DNA of 64,000 nucleotides from contig DAOMOX010000001.1 of NCBI GenBank assembly GCA_035444565.1, forward strand, positions 450,335 through 514,334, in the 5' to 3' direction. This DNA comes from Candidatus Dojkabacteria bacterium (GTDB taxonomy: Bacteria; Patescibacteriota; Dojkabacteria; B142; OLB20). A program made the translations under genes and the position numbers. Position 1 is the first letter of the stretch; each line of letters starts with the position of its first letter. The notes beneath the pieces were generated by a model that saw only the letters and a program-made list of their open reading frames with translations, searched no databases and had not been told where the DNA came from. Of this stretch, positions 47,670 to 57,187 are shown in pieces.

Positions 47670-48611
47670 ATGGACGAAGGATCACAAAAGGCAAAATCAA
47701 TGTTTATCAAACTTGCAATAGTAGTGGTAATACTATTGACATTATTGTGTATTGGGATATTTTTACTTATGTCACGATTGGGTGGTGGTTTTCTAAATAG
47801 ACAGGAAGATTTAAATACAGCCCCTACGACTACACCTATCATCGGTTTAACTCCGACGATTATCGACTTTTCAAGTAGATGGACAAAGTATATCGACCGT
47901 GCGTATTTGTATAAGTTTGATATTCAACAGTCGTGGGAAATTGATTATGACGCACCAGAAGATGATGTTTTATTCATTGCGGACGATGAAAGCTCCCTAG
48001 GTGTGAGAGCAGTTCAGCATAATTACGAAACTGTAGACGATTATGTATTATCTTTAGATATTGAAAATGCTACTGCAAATGCGGGATTGCCAGCAGTAAT
48101 TGTGGAATGGTCGAATATCTACAAAATCGATCAGGATGCAGAAGTGATTAGGCGAAAAGAGAAAATTGTCGAAGATGACAAAGTAGTGATTCGTAATTAT
48201 CTGATGAAAGAAGAATACATCTTTATTTTCACGACTTATTCCTTAACAAACGAAACTGCTGAGACAAGTGAAATGTTCCTCGAATTTCTAAATGTAATAG
48301 GAACGTTTGAATATAAGACAGATCGTTTTGAAGCAGAGGGTACAATAGTAACGGGAGAGGGTGCGGGCAAACCTCAGTGTCCAGATGGATATTATCTTAA
48401 AATTGAAGGCTCATATTTGAGATCGAGTAATAGTTCACTTTTACTTCGTAGTATTACCCCGGGAGATGGAAACGAATATCCATTATTTCAGAATAGGAAT
48501 TTACTCGGTCAGAGTGTGAAAATAAATGCAATCTATGATACTGAAAAAATCTTATGCAGAGGTTTAAGTTGTGATTGCGAAGACTATTTACTCATTGAGA
48601 GTTTTGAATAA
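47670..48611 (+). CDS. membrane-anchored extracytoplasmic protein, hypothetical
   Basis: N-terminal TM and a 270-aa soluble domain with CxC/C..C near the C-terminus. Confidence 0.4.
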   Translation: MDEGSQKAKSMFIKLAIVVVILLTLLCIGIFLLMSRLGGGFLNRQEDLNTAPTTTPIIGLTPTIIDFSSRWTKYIDRAYLYKFDIQQSWEIDYDAPEDDVLFIADDESSLGVRAVQHNYETVDDYVLSLDIENATANAGLPAVIVEWSNIYKIDQDAEVIRRKEKIVEDDKVVIRNYLMKEEYIFIFTTYSLTNETAETSEMFLEFLNVIGTFEYKTDRFEAEGTIVTGEGAGKPQCPDGYYLKIEGSYLRSSNSSLLLRSITPGDGNEYPLFQNRNLLGQSVKINAIYDTEKILCRGLSCDCEDYLLIESFE

Positions 48612-49400
48612 ATGAACTTGATAAAAGAATCTCTCAATCTAGATTTTAAATTCTTGTTAATAAGCGAGATTAGCTTATTAGATAGATTCAATCTAATTAT
48701 AAAAAAATACCTGTATTTTATTCTCAGGTTATTGGGAGCAAACAAAAGAAATCACGGGAAATTTCTAGGTAAAGAATTCACTTTTCCCAATAAGTATGGG
48801 TATGTTGGTTTACAAAGAGTAATTGTTGATAATATTTTTCTAAAAAAATATCTACCTGAGAGAATAAGCGTTGTAGATATTGGTGCGCATGCGGGGGAAT
48901 TTGCCTTTTTTCTTGAAAAAATTATCAATGCAAAAAAAGTTGCAAGCGTGGAGCCATTTCAGACTACTTTTGAAATTCTAAAGAAGAATTTCCCTAATAA
49001 CCAAAATTTTCAATATGCGATAACAAACAAAGAAGATGTTGAATTGTATATCTCAGAAATAAGTACACAACTGAACTCTTTATTTCCAGATGATTCCAGG
49101 AAACAAAATCAAAAAATAAAAGTCCCTTCAATTACATTGAGTAAATTTGTTTCAGATGAAGTTAAAGGGGAGTTTCATTTATTAAAAATTGATACTGAGG
49201 GTTCAGAATACAATGTATTAAATAGTGGATTAGATGTAATCAATAAGTTTAAATATCTTCTTGTTGAAATTGAATTAGAGAGAGAAGGGTATCTAAAAAT
49301 ATTAGAACTTCTTAGCGGACAGAAAAATTATAAATTGATTGCAATGGGTGACTACAAACAAGGTCAGCGAGCTGTTGATGTCTTGGTGAAGAAAAACTAA
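48612..49400 (+). CDS. FkbM-family SAM-dependent methyltransferase
   Basis: VVDIGAHAGEFAFFLEK (motif I), ..VEPFQTTFEILKKN.., and LLKIDTEGSEYNVL (the FkbM hallmark lKiDvEGaE). Confidence 0.75.
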   Translation: MNLIKESLNLDFKFLLISEISLLDRFNLIIKKYLYFILRLLGANKRNHGKFLGKEFTFPNKYGYVGLQRVIVDNIFLKKYLPERISVVDIGAHAGEFAFFLEKIINAKKVASVEPFQTTFEILKKNFPNNQNFQYAITNKEDVELYISEISTQLNSLFPDDSRKQNQKIKVPSITLSKFVSDEVKGEFHLLKIDTEGSEYNVLNSGLDVINKFKYLLVEIELEREGYLKILELLSGQKNYKLIAMGDYKQGQRAVDVLVKKN

Positions 49401-49475
49401 GCTGGATATAAAATAGTTCTACTTTTCTCTTGAAATTCGCTATACTGATAGCAAATATTATTCGACTGCCCAGTC

Positions 49476-50036
49476 ATGGTTCAAAAAAAAGGCTTTAACC
49501 TTCTCAAAACTCAAGTAGAACCACAAACTATATGGACTAAAATCTACAAGTGGACCACTACCACTGCAAGAGCAATTATGGTCTTGGTAGAATTAATCAT
49601 TGTTGTAGCATTTGGTTTCAGAGTCGTGGTAGATCTACAATTCAAAAACTTCAACAAGGACATCGCCGTAAAAGAAGAAATAATGTCCGTATTACAAGAG
49701 AGCGAAACAAGACTTCGATCTACTCAAGACCGGATAGCTTTGTATGAGCAGTTATGGAGGAATACACCATATTTCAGTAATGTATACTTAGAGGTTTCAA
49801 AGATTATTCCATTAACTGTAGAGGAACTAAATATCCAAATTGTGAATGGTGAGATTACAATTCGTGGTTTTGCTAGTACTGAGACAATAGCTACGATAGA
49901 GAGCGGTTTCAAAAATTCTAGTCTGTTCACTCAAACAGAATTATCTAATATTGAATCACAAGGAAATAGTACGGATAGTTTCGTAATTAAATCTAAACTA
50001 AATAATTTACCTATGCGAAGTGAGGTATTATTCTAA
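49476..50036 (+). CDS. PilN-like type IV pilus/competence assembly protein (tentative)
   Basis: The N-terminal GFNLLKTQVE resembles the PilN INLLP motif. There is a single TM (IMVLVELIIVVAFGF) and a coiled-coil plus beta periplasmic domain. Confidence 0.35.
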   Translation: MVQKKGFNLLKTQVEPQTIWTKIYKWTTTTARAIMVLVELIIVVAFGFRVVVDLQFKNFNKDIAVKEEIMSVLQESETRLRSTQDRIALYEQLWRNTPYFSNVYLEVSKIIPLTVEELNIQIVNGEITIRGFASTETIATIESGFKNSSLFTQTELSNIESQGNSTDSFVIKSKLNNLPMRSEVLF

Positions 50037-50665
50037 TGCAATTAAAAACAAGTACATCACAACTCAGAGAATATTTAGAAACTAAACAAGGCAAAACATA
50101 CTTTATTGCCATAATGACTTTAATCACCGTTGCAGTCATGCTGGTATTTGCAATAGTTCCGGCGATTAAATCTATCACAGACAAGATTGCACAGAATGAG
50201 GTCCGAAGAGAATATTTAAATGCACTTACAGACAAGGAGAAAAATATAAAAGAATTATTAATACAAGAAGAACAGTCACAGGCGCAAATACAATTTCTAG
50301 AGTCTTCGTTGCCTTCAAAACGAAATGATGAGTATATTCTTGCTAATATTGGTGAAATAGCTGAACAAAACAATGCGTATCTTTTTAATGCTGACTTTTC
50401 AGAGGATTCCGTTGCAACGATAGAATCTGATGTTGAGAGTAAGAAAAGACTAAAACAAGTACCATTGACAATTAGTGTGCAAGGTACCATTCCCAGTTTG
50501 GGTGCATTCATGAAGAAAATGGAAGAATTCCCCATGCCGTTTGTTGTGGAAAGTATGATATACGGTAATAAAGACGTACGCAGTCAAAACTTACCAGCGA
50601 ATAGAGGAGATTCTCTTTTGGTTATGAAAATTAATTATTACTACTACGAAGATGTTACAGAGTGA
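50036..50665 (+). CDS. PilO-like assembly protein (tentative)
   Basis: Short N-terminus, one TM, a long coiled-coil (..EKNIKELLIQEEQSQAQIQFLESSLP..) and a C-terminal alpha/beta domain. It shares a start/stop overlap with the upstream gene. Confidence 0.3.
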   Translation: MQLKTSTSQLREYLETKQGKTYFIAIMTLITVAVMLVFAIVPAIKSITDKIAQNEVRREYLNALTDKEKNIKELLIQEEQSQAQIQFLESSLPSKRNDEYILANIGEIAEQNNAYLFNADFSEDSVATIESDVESKKRLKQVPLTISVQGTIPSLGAFMKKMEEFPMPFVVESMIYGNKDVRSQNLPANRGDSLLVMKINYYYYEDVTE

Positions 50666-50876
50666 GAAAACTTGGTACACAATGGTATTGATAGGCTTCC
50701 TTGAGGTTCTGATTTTTATTGCATATCAGTTTTATACATCAATCACTGGCCAAAACGTTGATTTAGTTAAAAAGATTGATGATACTCCGATTTCCCCTGA
50801 ACTTGGTATAGAGAAATTGACAATGAAACCAGTTTTGGAAGGAAACATTTTGATACAAAATAGTGATTTAGATTAA
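50652..50876 (+). CDS. small membrane-anchored protein, hypothetical
   Basis: 74 aa with one TM. It overlaps the previous gene by 14 nt. Confidence 0.3.
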   Translation: MLQSEKTWYTMVLIGFLEVLIFIAYQFYTSITGQNVDLVKKIDDTPISPELGIEKLTMKPVLEGNILIQNSDLD

Positions 50877-50910
50877 AATATCACTTTAAATTCCCAATTA
50901 TTTAATAATT

Positions 50911-51861
50911 ATGGCCACACTAAATATTGGAGTCGGTGGAGTCCCATTGACCTCAAAAAAGAACAATACCGTTTCAGGAATAGTAAGAGTTAAAGAGTTG
51001 CAACTTGATTTAATGGAGATCGAGTTTGTGCATGGTGTGAAGATGACAGCAGAGAGTGCAGATTTGGTGAATAAAACAAGAGAATCATCCCAAATTGAAC
51101 TTACAATCCACGGTCCTTACTATATAAATTTGGCTTCAGATGATAATCGGAAATTTTACGGTAGTATTAAATATATTACCGATTCAATTTATATAGGGGG
51201 GTTGTGTGGGGCAAAAAGCGTAACTTTCCATCCTGCTTTTTATCAAAGGGAGGATAAGAAAATTGTTTATGAAAAAGTTAAGAAGGCGTTTAGTAAGATA
51301 TACGAAGAATTTGAAAAGCCTAAATATGAAAATCATCCTGTACAGAAAGGAGAAATAACTTTGTCACCAGAACTTACAGGGAAACCCACTCAGTTCGGAG
51401 ATATTGAGGAGTTAATAAAGTTGTCAGAAGAGTTTAAGAACGTAAATTTACGTTTTTGTATTGATTTTGCACATAAATTTGCTAGATCAAATGGCGAATA
51501 TAATGGTTACGAGAAGTTTGATGAAATTTTAAGCCTAATTGAAAAGAATTTAGGAAAGGAGTTTCTGGAGAAATTGCATATGCATGTCTCGGCTATTAAT
51601 TATGGAGAAAAGGGTGAAAAACATCATTTAACTTTCCTTCAAGGTGCAGAAGAGTACAAAGAAATGGGCGTAGTGGTTGAAGGAATTGAAAAATATTTCA
51701 ATGAGTTACAAAAAAAAGGAAAAACAATAGACGCTGGTTTCAAATGGAAGGAATTACTGCAAGTGCTAAAGGATAGAGAAGTAGGAGGATATTTAGTGTG
51801 CGAAAGCCCGATACTGGAGTATGATGCGTTGCTCTTGAAGCAAACTTACAATAATTTATGA
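50911..51861 (+). CDS. AP endonuclease family 2 / endonuclease IV-like TIM-barrel protein
   Basis: HGPYYINLAS and TFHPAF match the Nfo HDSYLINLG and NFHPGS metal-binding blocks. It is longer than canonical Nfo. Confidence 0.5.
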   Translation: MATLNIGVGGVPLTSKKNNTVSGIVRVKELQLDLMEIEFVHGVKMTAESADLVNKTRESSQIELTIHGPYYINLASDDNRKFYGSIKYITDSIYIGGLCGAKSVTFHPAFYQREDKKIVYEKVKKAFSKIYEEFEKPKYENHPVQKGEITLSPELTGKPTQFGDIEELIKLSEEFKNVNLRFCIDFAHKFARSNGEYNGYEKFDEILSLIEKNLGKEFLEKLHMHVSAINYGEKGEKHHLTFLQGAEEYKEMGVVVEGIEKYFNELQKKGKTIDAGFKWKELLQVLKDREVGGYLVCESPILEYDALLLKQTYNNL

Positions 51862-51890
51862 TATAGTGATTAGACATTTATAAAAATAAT

Positions 51891-52829
51891 ATGGCAAAAG
51901 AAAAAACAGAGGAAATAGTTACAGAAACACCTCCAAAACACAAAAAGCCCACCGATTCAAAAGTATTACTTAATGCGGGAAGCATTTTACTTGGTGGCGT
52001 TTTGATATCAATGGCAATATTATTCTCCGGAAATGGTTTCTCCTTTGGATCGTCAGACACAGAGAATGCAACTGGAGAGGTTGCAGGTGATTGTTCTGGG
52101 GAAAACCGTTTTGGTGAGGGTTGTTATGATCAATACGCACAGGACTTGGAATTGGATTTGACAAAATTCCAGGAATGCGTTGAAGGCGAAAATTATTATG
52201 ATGTAATAGATAGTGAGTTGGCAGCGGGAGAAAAATTTGGAGTTCAGGGAACACCCTCATTTTACCTCGGAAAAGGCAATGGTGAAGAATTTGATGGGTT
52301 TTACGTAGGAGGATTAAGAATCCAAGAATTAGAAACGCTCATAGGAAAACTTGAAAAAGAAGATGTTGCTTCTGTAAACAAATATTGGACTGATTATTTA
52401 AAAAATAGTGTACAAGAATATGCACCCCAGGTACGTGAATATTATGCATCCGCCGAAGGAGGATCACTTACAGGTGATGCACTTGAAAGTGCTGTTGAGG
52501 GATATATCAATGAGCAGACAACAAGTGTTAATACTGATTATGTAGTAAGGAAACTAAATGCTGGTGATGGGCTTACACAAGGAGACGGCGAGATTGTGAT
52601 GATGGAGTTTAGTGATTATGAATGCCCTTACTGCCAGACTTTTGCAAATGATGTATTGATAGAAGCAAAAGAAAAATTCGTGGACACAGGTAAAGCAAGA
52701 TACATTTATCGTGATTTTCCTCTTGAAAATATTCACCCAAGTGCTCGTTCTGCAGCAAATGCAGCTCGCTGTGCAGGTGATCAAGGGAAATATTTCGATT
52801 ACCACGATAAACTATTTGAAATTAACTAA
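51891..52829 (+). CDS. membrane-anchored DsbA-like thioredoxin-fold protein with an unusual (permuted or truncated) domain order
   Basis: N-terminal TM. In the middle, ..FQECVEG..FGVQGTPSFYLGKGNGEEFDGF..LETLI resembles the C-terminal half of DsbA. The CxxC N-terminal half (MEFSDYECPYCQTF...FPL..IHP...AARCAGDQGKYFDYHDKLF) then follows and the protein ends. Confidence 0.5.
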   Translation: MAKEKTEEIVTETPPKHKKPTDSKVLLNAGSILLGGVLISMAILFSGNGFSFGSSDTENATGEVAGDCSGENRFGEGCYDQYAQDLELDLTKFQECVEGENYYDVIDSELAAGEKFGVQGTPSFYLGKGNGEEFDGFYVGGLRIQELETLIGKLEKEDVASVNKYWTDYLKNSVQEYAPQVREYYASAEGGSLTGDALESAVEGYINEQTTSVNTDYVVRKLNAGDGLTQGDGEIVMMEFSDYECPYCQTFANDVLIEAKEKFVDTGKARYIYRDFPLENIHPSARSAANAARCAGDQGKYFDYHDKLFEIN

Positions 52830-52843
52830 CATTTACTCATAAA

Positions 52844-53335
52844 ATGCGAAGGGGTCTGCTCTCCCTACTGATTGCTATATTTTTTGGGACATTGTTACTG
52901 TTTATTAGTTTCAATTATTCTCCTTTCAACGTTGATGGTTTAGATAATATTATTCAGCGTTATGGTATCACCGAAGAAGATGAACTTCTTGAGGTTATTC
53001 AAAGAAGTATCGAACTTGGAATTGCCTGGGAATTCTTAGACGTAGGAATCCTGACAGCCTGGATTTTAATAATGGCAGGGTTTGTTATTTCCTTCTTTAC
53101 TTCGATACATTTATTCATTGATAAACTTTTCTTTAGGAAGTTTTTTGAATCCCCCAAAATTCAACCAGCAATCAGAAGGGGTATTATGTTGTATTTTCTG
53201 ATTTTTGCATTCGTGGGATTGCGTCTGATGGGAGCGTTAGAGTGGTACACTATTTTGATAACTGCTGTATTGTTGGCCACGGTGGAGTTTGTATTTGTTT
53301 CTACATTATCCAAAACTAATAAACGGATAAAATAG
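52844..53335 (+). CDS. polytopic membrane protein, hypothetical
   Basis: 163 aa with 4 TM. Confidence 0.4.
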   Translation: MRRGLLSLLIAIFFGTLLLFISFNYSPFNVDGLDNIIQRYGITEEDELLEVIQRSIELGIAWEFLDVGILTAWILIMAGFVISFFTSIHLFIDKLFFRKFFESPKIQPAIRRGIMLYFLIFAFVGLRLMGALEWYTILITAVLLATVEFVFVSTLSKTNKRIK

Positions 53336-53415
53336 TATGAAAATAATCTCTTTAACAATAGATTAAAGAACTTAGTAATTCAATTTGCTATAATCGACTA
53401 TCATTTTGAAACATC

Positions 53416-55323
53416 ATGAGTAAGAAAGTTCTAATCGGAGTAGCATGGCCATATGTTAATGGTGATATACATGTTGGACATTTGGGAGGGTATTTGCTTC
53501 CTGCAGATATAGTTGCGAGATTTCATCGACTCAAAGGTGATGATGTCTTAATGGTATCTGGTTCTGATTGTTATGGTACGCCAATCACTGTTGAGGCCGA
53601 CAAAAAAGGATTAAAGCCAGAAGAGGTTGTAGAGATGTATCATAAGAAAGATTTAGAACTTTTCAAAATGTACGGGCTGGACTATAACTTGTATACCAAA
53701 ACAACCACTCAAAAACACAAAGAAGTGGTACACGAGGTTTTCTTGAAACTGTTGGATAACGGCTATATCGAAAAAGGCGTAATGCAACAATATTACGCAA
53801 TTGATGATAATCAATTTCTACCCGACAGATATGTCGAAGGAACCTGTCCTTACTGTAATGCAGGCAACCAAAGAAGCGATCAATGTGAAAGCTGTGGAAG
53901 ATGGTTGAAAGATGGAGAGCTCATTGACCCAGTGAGTAAATTAACTGGTTCAAAAGTCACTTTGAAGGATACAGAACATTACTTCTTGAATTTTGAGAAA
54001 TTAGAATCGCAGTTGCGCGAATATCTTGATGCAAATAAAGAAAATTGGAAGAAGTGGGTTTGGAATGAAGCAAATGGTTGGCTAAAAGAAGGTTTACAGA
54101 GAAGGGCAATCACTCGAGATATGGATTGGAGTATTGATTTACCGATTGAAGAAATCAAAAAGCGTGACGAGAGCAAACAACTGAAAGATTTTACTGGAAA
54201 ACATATTTATGTTTGGTTTGAGGCTGTGATTGGATATCTCTCAGCTACGAGAGCTTGGTGTGAGATGGAAGAAGGAACTAGTGACACAATTTTCAAAAGA
54301 GACGCGGGACAGAGCAGAAATTGGGAAGATTGGTGGAAAAGTTCAGATTCTGTTATCTATAACTTTATGGGTCAAGATAATCTTGTCTTTCATGCTTTAA
54401 TGTGGCCAGGTCAATTGATGGGTTTAGATGATGGATATCAACTGCCAAAGTTCGTTGTAGTTAATAAGTTTTTGAATTACGAAGGCAAAAAGTTTAGTAA
54501 AAGTAGAAACTGGACCATAGATTCGAGAGTAATTGCAGAAAAGTATGGGGTAGATTTGGTCAGGTATTATATTGCTAGGAATTTACCGGAAAACAAAGAA
54601 GGCAATTTCACTTGGGAGGATTTTGTGGCTTCAGTAAACAATGAATTGGTAGCTAATCTCGGGAATCTTGTGAATAGAACATTGACTTTTATTAATAGTA
54701 AATTTAATGGCGAATTAGAATCTGAAAATTTCAAGCCAGATATGACTCTGAGTCAAACAGCTTTGAAGCTTATGATAAAAACGAAAGCTTTCTTATTTTT
54801 TGAGGGTATAACGGAAAAGGAAAGGGAATCAGGAGAAAAGGATATGGTTTATAATCCAGAAATAAACAATTGGCTAGGAAGTGAACAATTTGAATATTTA
54901 AATCGTTTTACTGAACTTCAAAATGGAAGTAATGGACCATGGCTAGTTAATGCATTGGACACAGTTATGGGTTATTCGAGATTAGCAAATCAATACTTTG
55001 ATGCAACGAAAGTTTGGGAGCGTGTGAAAGAAGGCAAAGATGGGAAAGACCAGGCTCAGGAAATTTTATTAAATTTAGTAAATGTCCTGTATGATCTCTC
55101 AATAATAATGTATCCATTCATGCCGGAAACATCTGGCAAATTATTAAGAATGTTGGGACGAGAAACCATTAAAACTGAATTGGGTTCAGATATGTGGAAA
55201 TCAGTATTTGATGAGGATTGTACTAGGCAACTAATCACACATCTAAAACTCAGTGAAGTAGAACTTCTGTTTGACAAACTCGATCCCGAAAAAGTCTTGG
55301 CTGAGAAAGATTCTACTGATTAA
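53416..55323 (+). CDS. metG: methionyl-tRNA synthetase
   Basis: HIGH (PYVNGDIHVGH), the zinc knuckle CPYCNAGNQRSDQCESCG, KMSKS (KFSKSRN), and an anticodon-binding helical domain. Confidence 0.95.
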   Translation: MSKKVLIGVAWPYVNGDIHVGHLGGYLLPADIVARFHRLKGDDVLMVSGSDCYGTPITVEADKKGLKPEEVVEMYHKKDLELFKMYGLDYNLYTKTTTQKHKEVVHEVFLKLLDNGYIEKGVMQQYYAIDDNQFLPDRYVEGTCPYCNAGNQRSDQCESCGRWLKDGELIDPVSKLTGSKVTLKDTEHYFLNFEKLESQLREYLDANKENWKKWVWNEANGWLKEGLQRRAITRDMDWSIDLPIEEIKKRDESKQLKDFTGKHIYVWFEAVIGYLSATRAWCEMEEGTSDTIFKRDAGQSRNWEDWWKSSDSVIYNFMGQDNLVFHALMWPGQLMGLDDGYQLPKFVVVNKFLNYEGKKFSKSRNWTIDSRVIAEKYGVDLVRYYIARNLPENKEGNFTWEDFVASVNNELVANLGNLVNRTLTFINSKFNGELESENFKPDMTLSQTALKLMIKTKAFLFFEGITEKERESGEKDMVYNPEINNWLGSEQFEYLNRFTELQNGSNGPWLVNALDTVMGYSRLANQYFDATKVWERVKEGKDGKDQAQEILLNLVNVLYDLSIIMYPFMPETSGKLLRMLGRETIKTELGSDMWKSVFDEDCTRQLITHLKLSEVELLFDKLDPEKVLAEKDSTD

Positions 55324-55334
55324 TCTCACTATAA

Positions 55335-56195
55335 ATGAAAAACTCTAAATTACTCCAATACTTTGAGGAAAAATTTGGTAATGTTGACTCTTTGTTCGAT
55401 ACCCATACTCATTTGATGAGCCTTTCTGATGATGAGCTTGACGCCACAGTTAAAAGAGCCAAAGATAATGGAGTGAATTATATGGTTGATGTTGCAGTTG
55501 ACCTGGAAACATCTCTCAAAACCCTGCAAAAACACAAGAAATTTCCTGAAATAATTTTCCCAACTGTCGGAATAGATCCGGAAGTAGTTGTTCCTGGGTC
55601 GGATTTGTATGATGATAGTATCGATGAGAAAAAGATTGACCAACTATTACGCGAACTTGCACAATTAGTTGAAGAAAACAAAGAAGATGTTTTAATGATC
55701 GGTGAGTGTGGACTTGATTATTATTGGATAGAAAAGCAAAACCTTACTGATGAGGAAAAAGAGCGAAGTAAATCTCTTCAGAAGAAATTGTTCATCGGAC
55801 AACTTGAGATATCTAGCAAATACAGTCTCCCGTTGACAATGCATCACCGCGATTCACTAGATGATTGCTTGAAGTTTATTCTTGAGAGTGGGTTGGACTT
55901 ATTTGGGATCTTTCACTCGTTTACAGGAAATCTTAATGATGCAAAGAATGCCATTGATAGTGGTTTTGCAATAGGAGTTAATGGGATTGCAACTTACAAA
56001 TCAGCCGAAGAATTAAGATTTTGTATTCATGAAATTGCTGGCGAGTTTGAAGCACTTCTTGATTTGTATAAAAATAATATTTTTCTAGAAACAGATGCAC
56101 CTTTTTTGCAACCGCGAGGTTCAAAGACTAAAATAAATGAAGCATCAAATATTAAATTAATCTACGATTTTCTTGCTAATGGACAGACTGACTAA
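55335..56195 (+). CDS. TatD-family metal-dependent hydrolase/DNase
   Basis: DTHTHL, GECGLDYY, TMHHRDS, FHSFTG and the LETDAPF blocks. Confidence 0.7.
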   Translation: MKNSKLLQYFEEKFGNVDSLFDTHTHLMSLSDDELDATVKRAKDNGVNYMVDVAVDLETSLKTLQKHKKFPEIIFPTVGIDPEVVVPGSDLYDDSIDEKKIDQLLRELAQLVEENKEDVLMIGECGLDYYWIEKQNLTDEEKERSKSLQKKLFIGQLEISSKYSLPLTMHHRDSLDDCLKFILESGLDLFGIFHSFTGNLNDAKNAIDSGFAIGVNGIATYKSAEELRFCIHEIAGEFEALLDLYKNNIFLETDAPFLQPRGSKTKINEASNIKLIYDFLANGQTD

Positions 56196-57123
56196 TATAG
56201 ATTTAACTTCTCAGATAGATAAGACAAAAAGAACAAGAGAAAGAGTGCATAAGCTAGAGCAATTAAATATTTTTCCAAAAGAGTCTGTAACCGATACAGA
56301 AGGGATGATAATTAATCTGTGCAAAGAACAAAGATGGGTTGTAAATCCTAAGTCCGATAATATTCCGGACAGCTTTTTTGACCGAGATATTGTCTCTACA
56401 ACTCAATCTCTGGGAAGGATTGATACCATCACAAACATTCTCGATCAGAATCTTAACATCAAACATAATTGGTCCAGGCTCATTACATACATTGACCTAG
56501 TAAAGCATTTAAACGACACGCTTCAGGTGCGATTGAGGTATGAGCTTCTAGAGAATAATGTAGTTGTAAAATGGATAGTCGTGGATTCTTCAAATCCCGA
56601 GGAAAGCGTATATATTTTGATAGCTCACTCAGAGGAAATATCTAACTCATGGGAACAATCCTTTCTACAAATTGACTCAACCAACAATTCCGTTTCTATA
56701 AAAGTTTTCAAATATTTCATGTTCGACGGAGACGGAATGATGCTCGAGGATTATTTGTATACGGAACTCGATAATGACAGATTAGAAGCAGATTTGAATA
56801 GCAAAAAATTAAATTTAAAAATCACCGACAACTTTGCGGGTGTTTTTGTACAAGATAGGTTTACATTACCACTTGAGGGCGATGATACCATGGGCGTAAT
56901 TCATTTTGAAGAAGTGATTGACCTGATTAAAAACGAATTAAAAAATGTCCCAGACAAGCTTGCTGTTTTAAAAAGATTCAATCTCAAGAATCATGAAATT
57001 CGTGTAGAACTGGAATCTCATATCGGGATGGAGAATCAATCTCCAAAGCTTAACCATATAGTAGCGGAATTAGAAGATATGGTAGAAGAAGTTAAAGGTG
57101 CTGATATTTTAATTTCCAAGTAA
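56173..57123 (+). CDS. hypothetical cytoplasmic protein
   Basis: 316 aa with no motif. It overlaps the TatD 3' end by 23 nt. Confidence 0.4.
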   Translation: MLMDRLTNIDLTSQIDKTKRTRERVHKLEQLNIFPKESVTDTEGMIINLCKEQRWVVNPKSDNIPDSFFDRDIVSTTQSLGRIDTITNILDQNLNIKHNWSRLITYIDLVKHLNDTLQVRLRYELLENNVVVKWIVVDSSNPEESVYILIAHSEEISNSWEQSFLQIDSTNNSVSIKVFKYFMFDGDGMMLEDYLYTELDNDRLEADLNSKKLNLKITDNFAGVFVQDRFTLPLEGDDTMGVIHFEEVIDLIKNELKNVPDKLAVLKRFNLKNHEIRVELESHIGMENQSPKLNHIVAELEDMVEEVKGADILISK

Positions 57124-57187
57124 AAAAATTTTGCAACTGCAGAAAATTGGTAGTAGATTATAGTCATATTATTAATATTTATTATTT

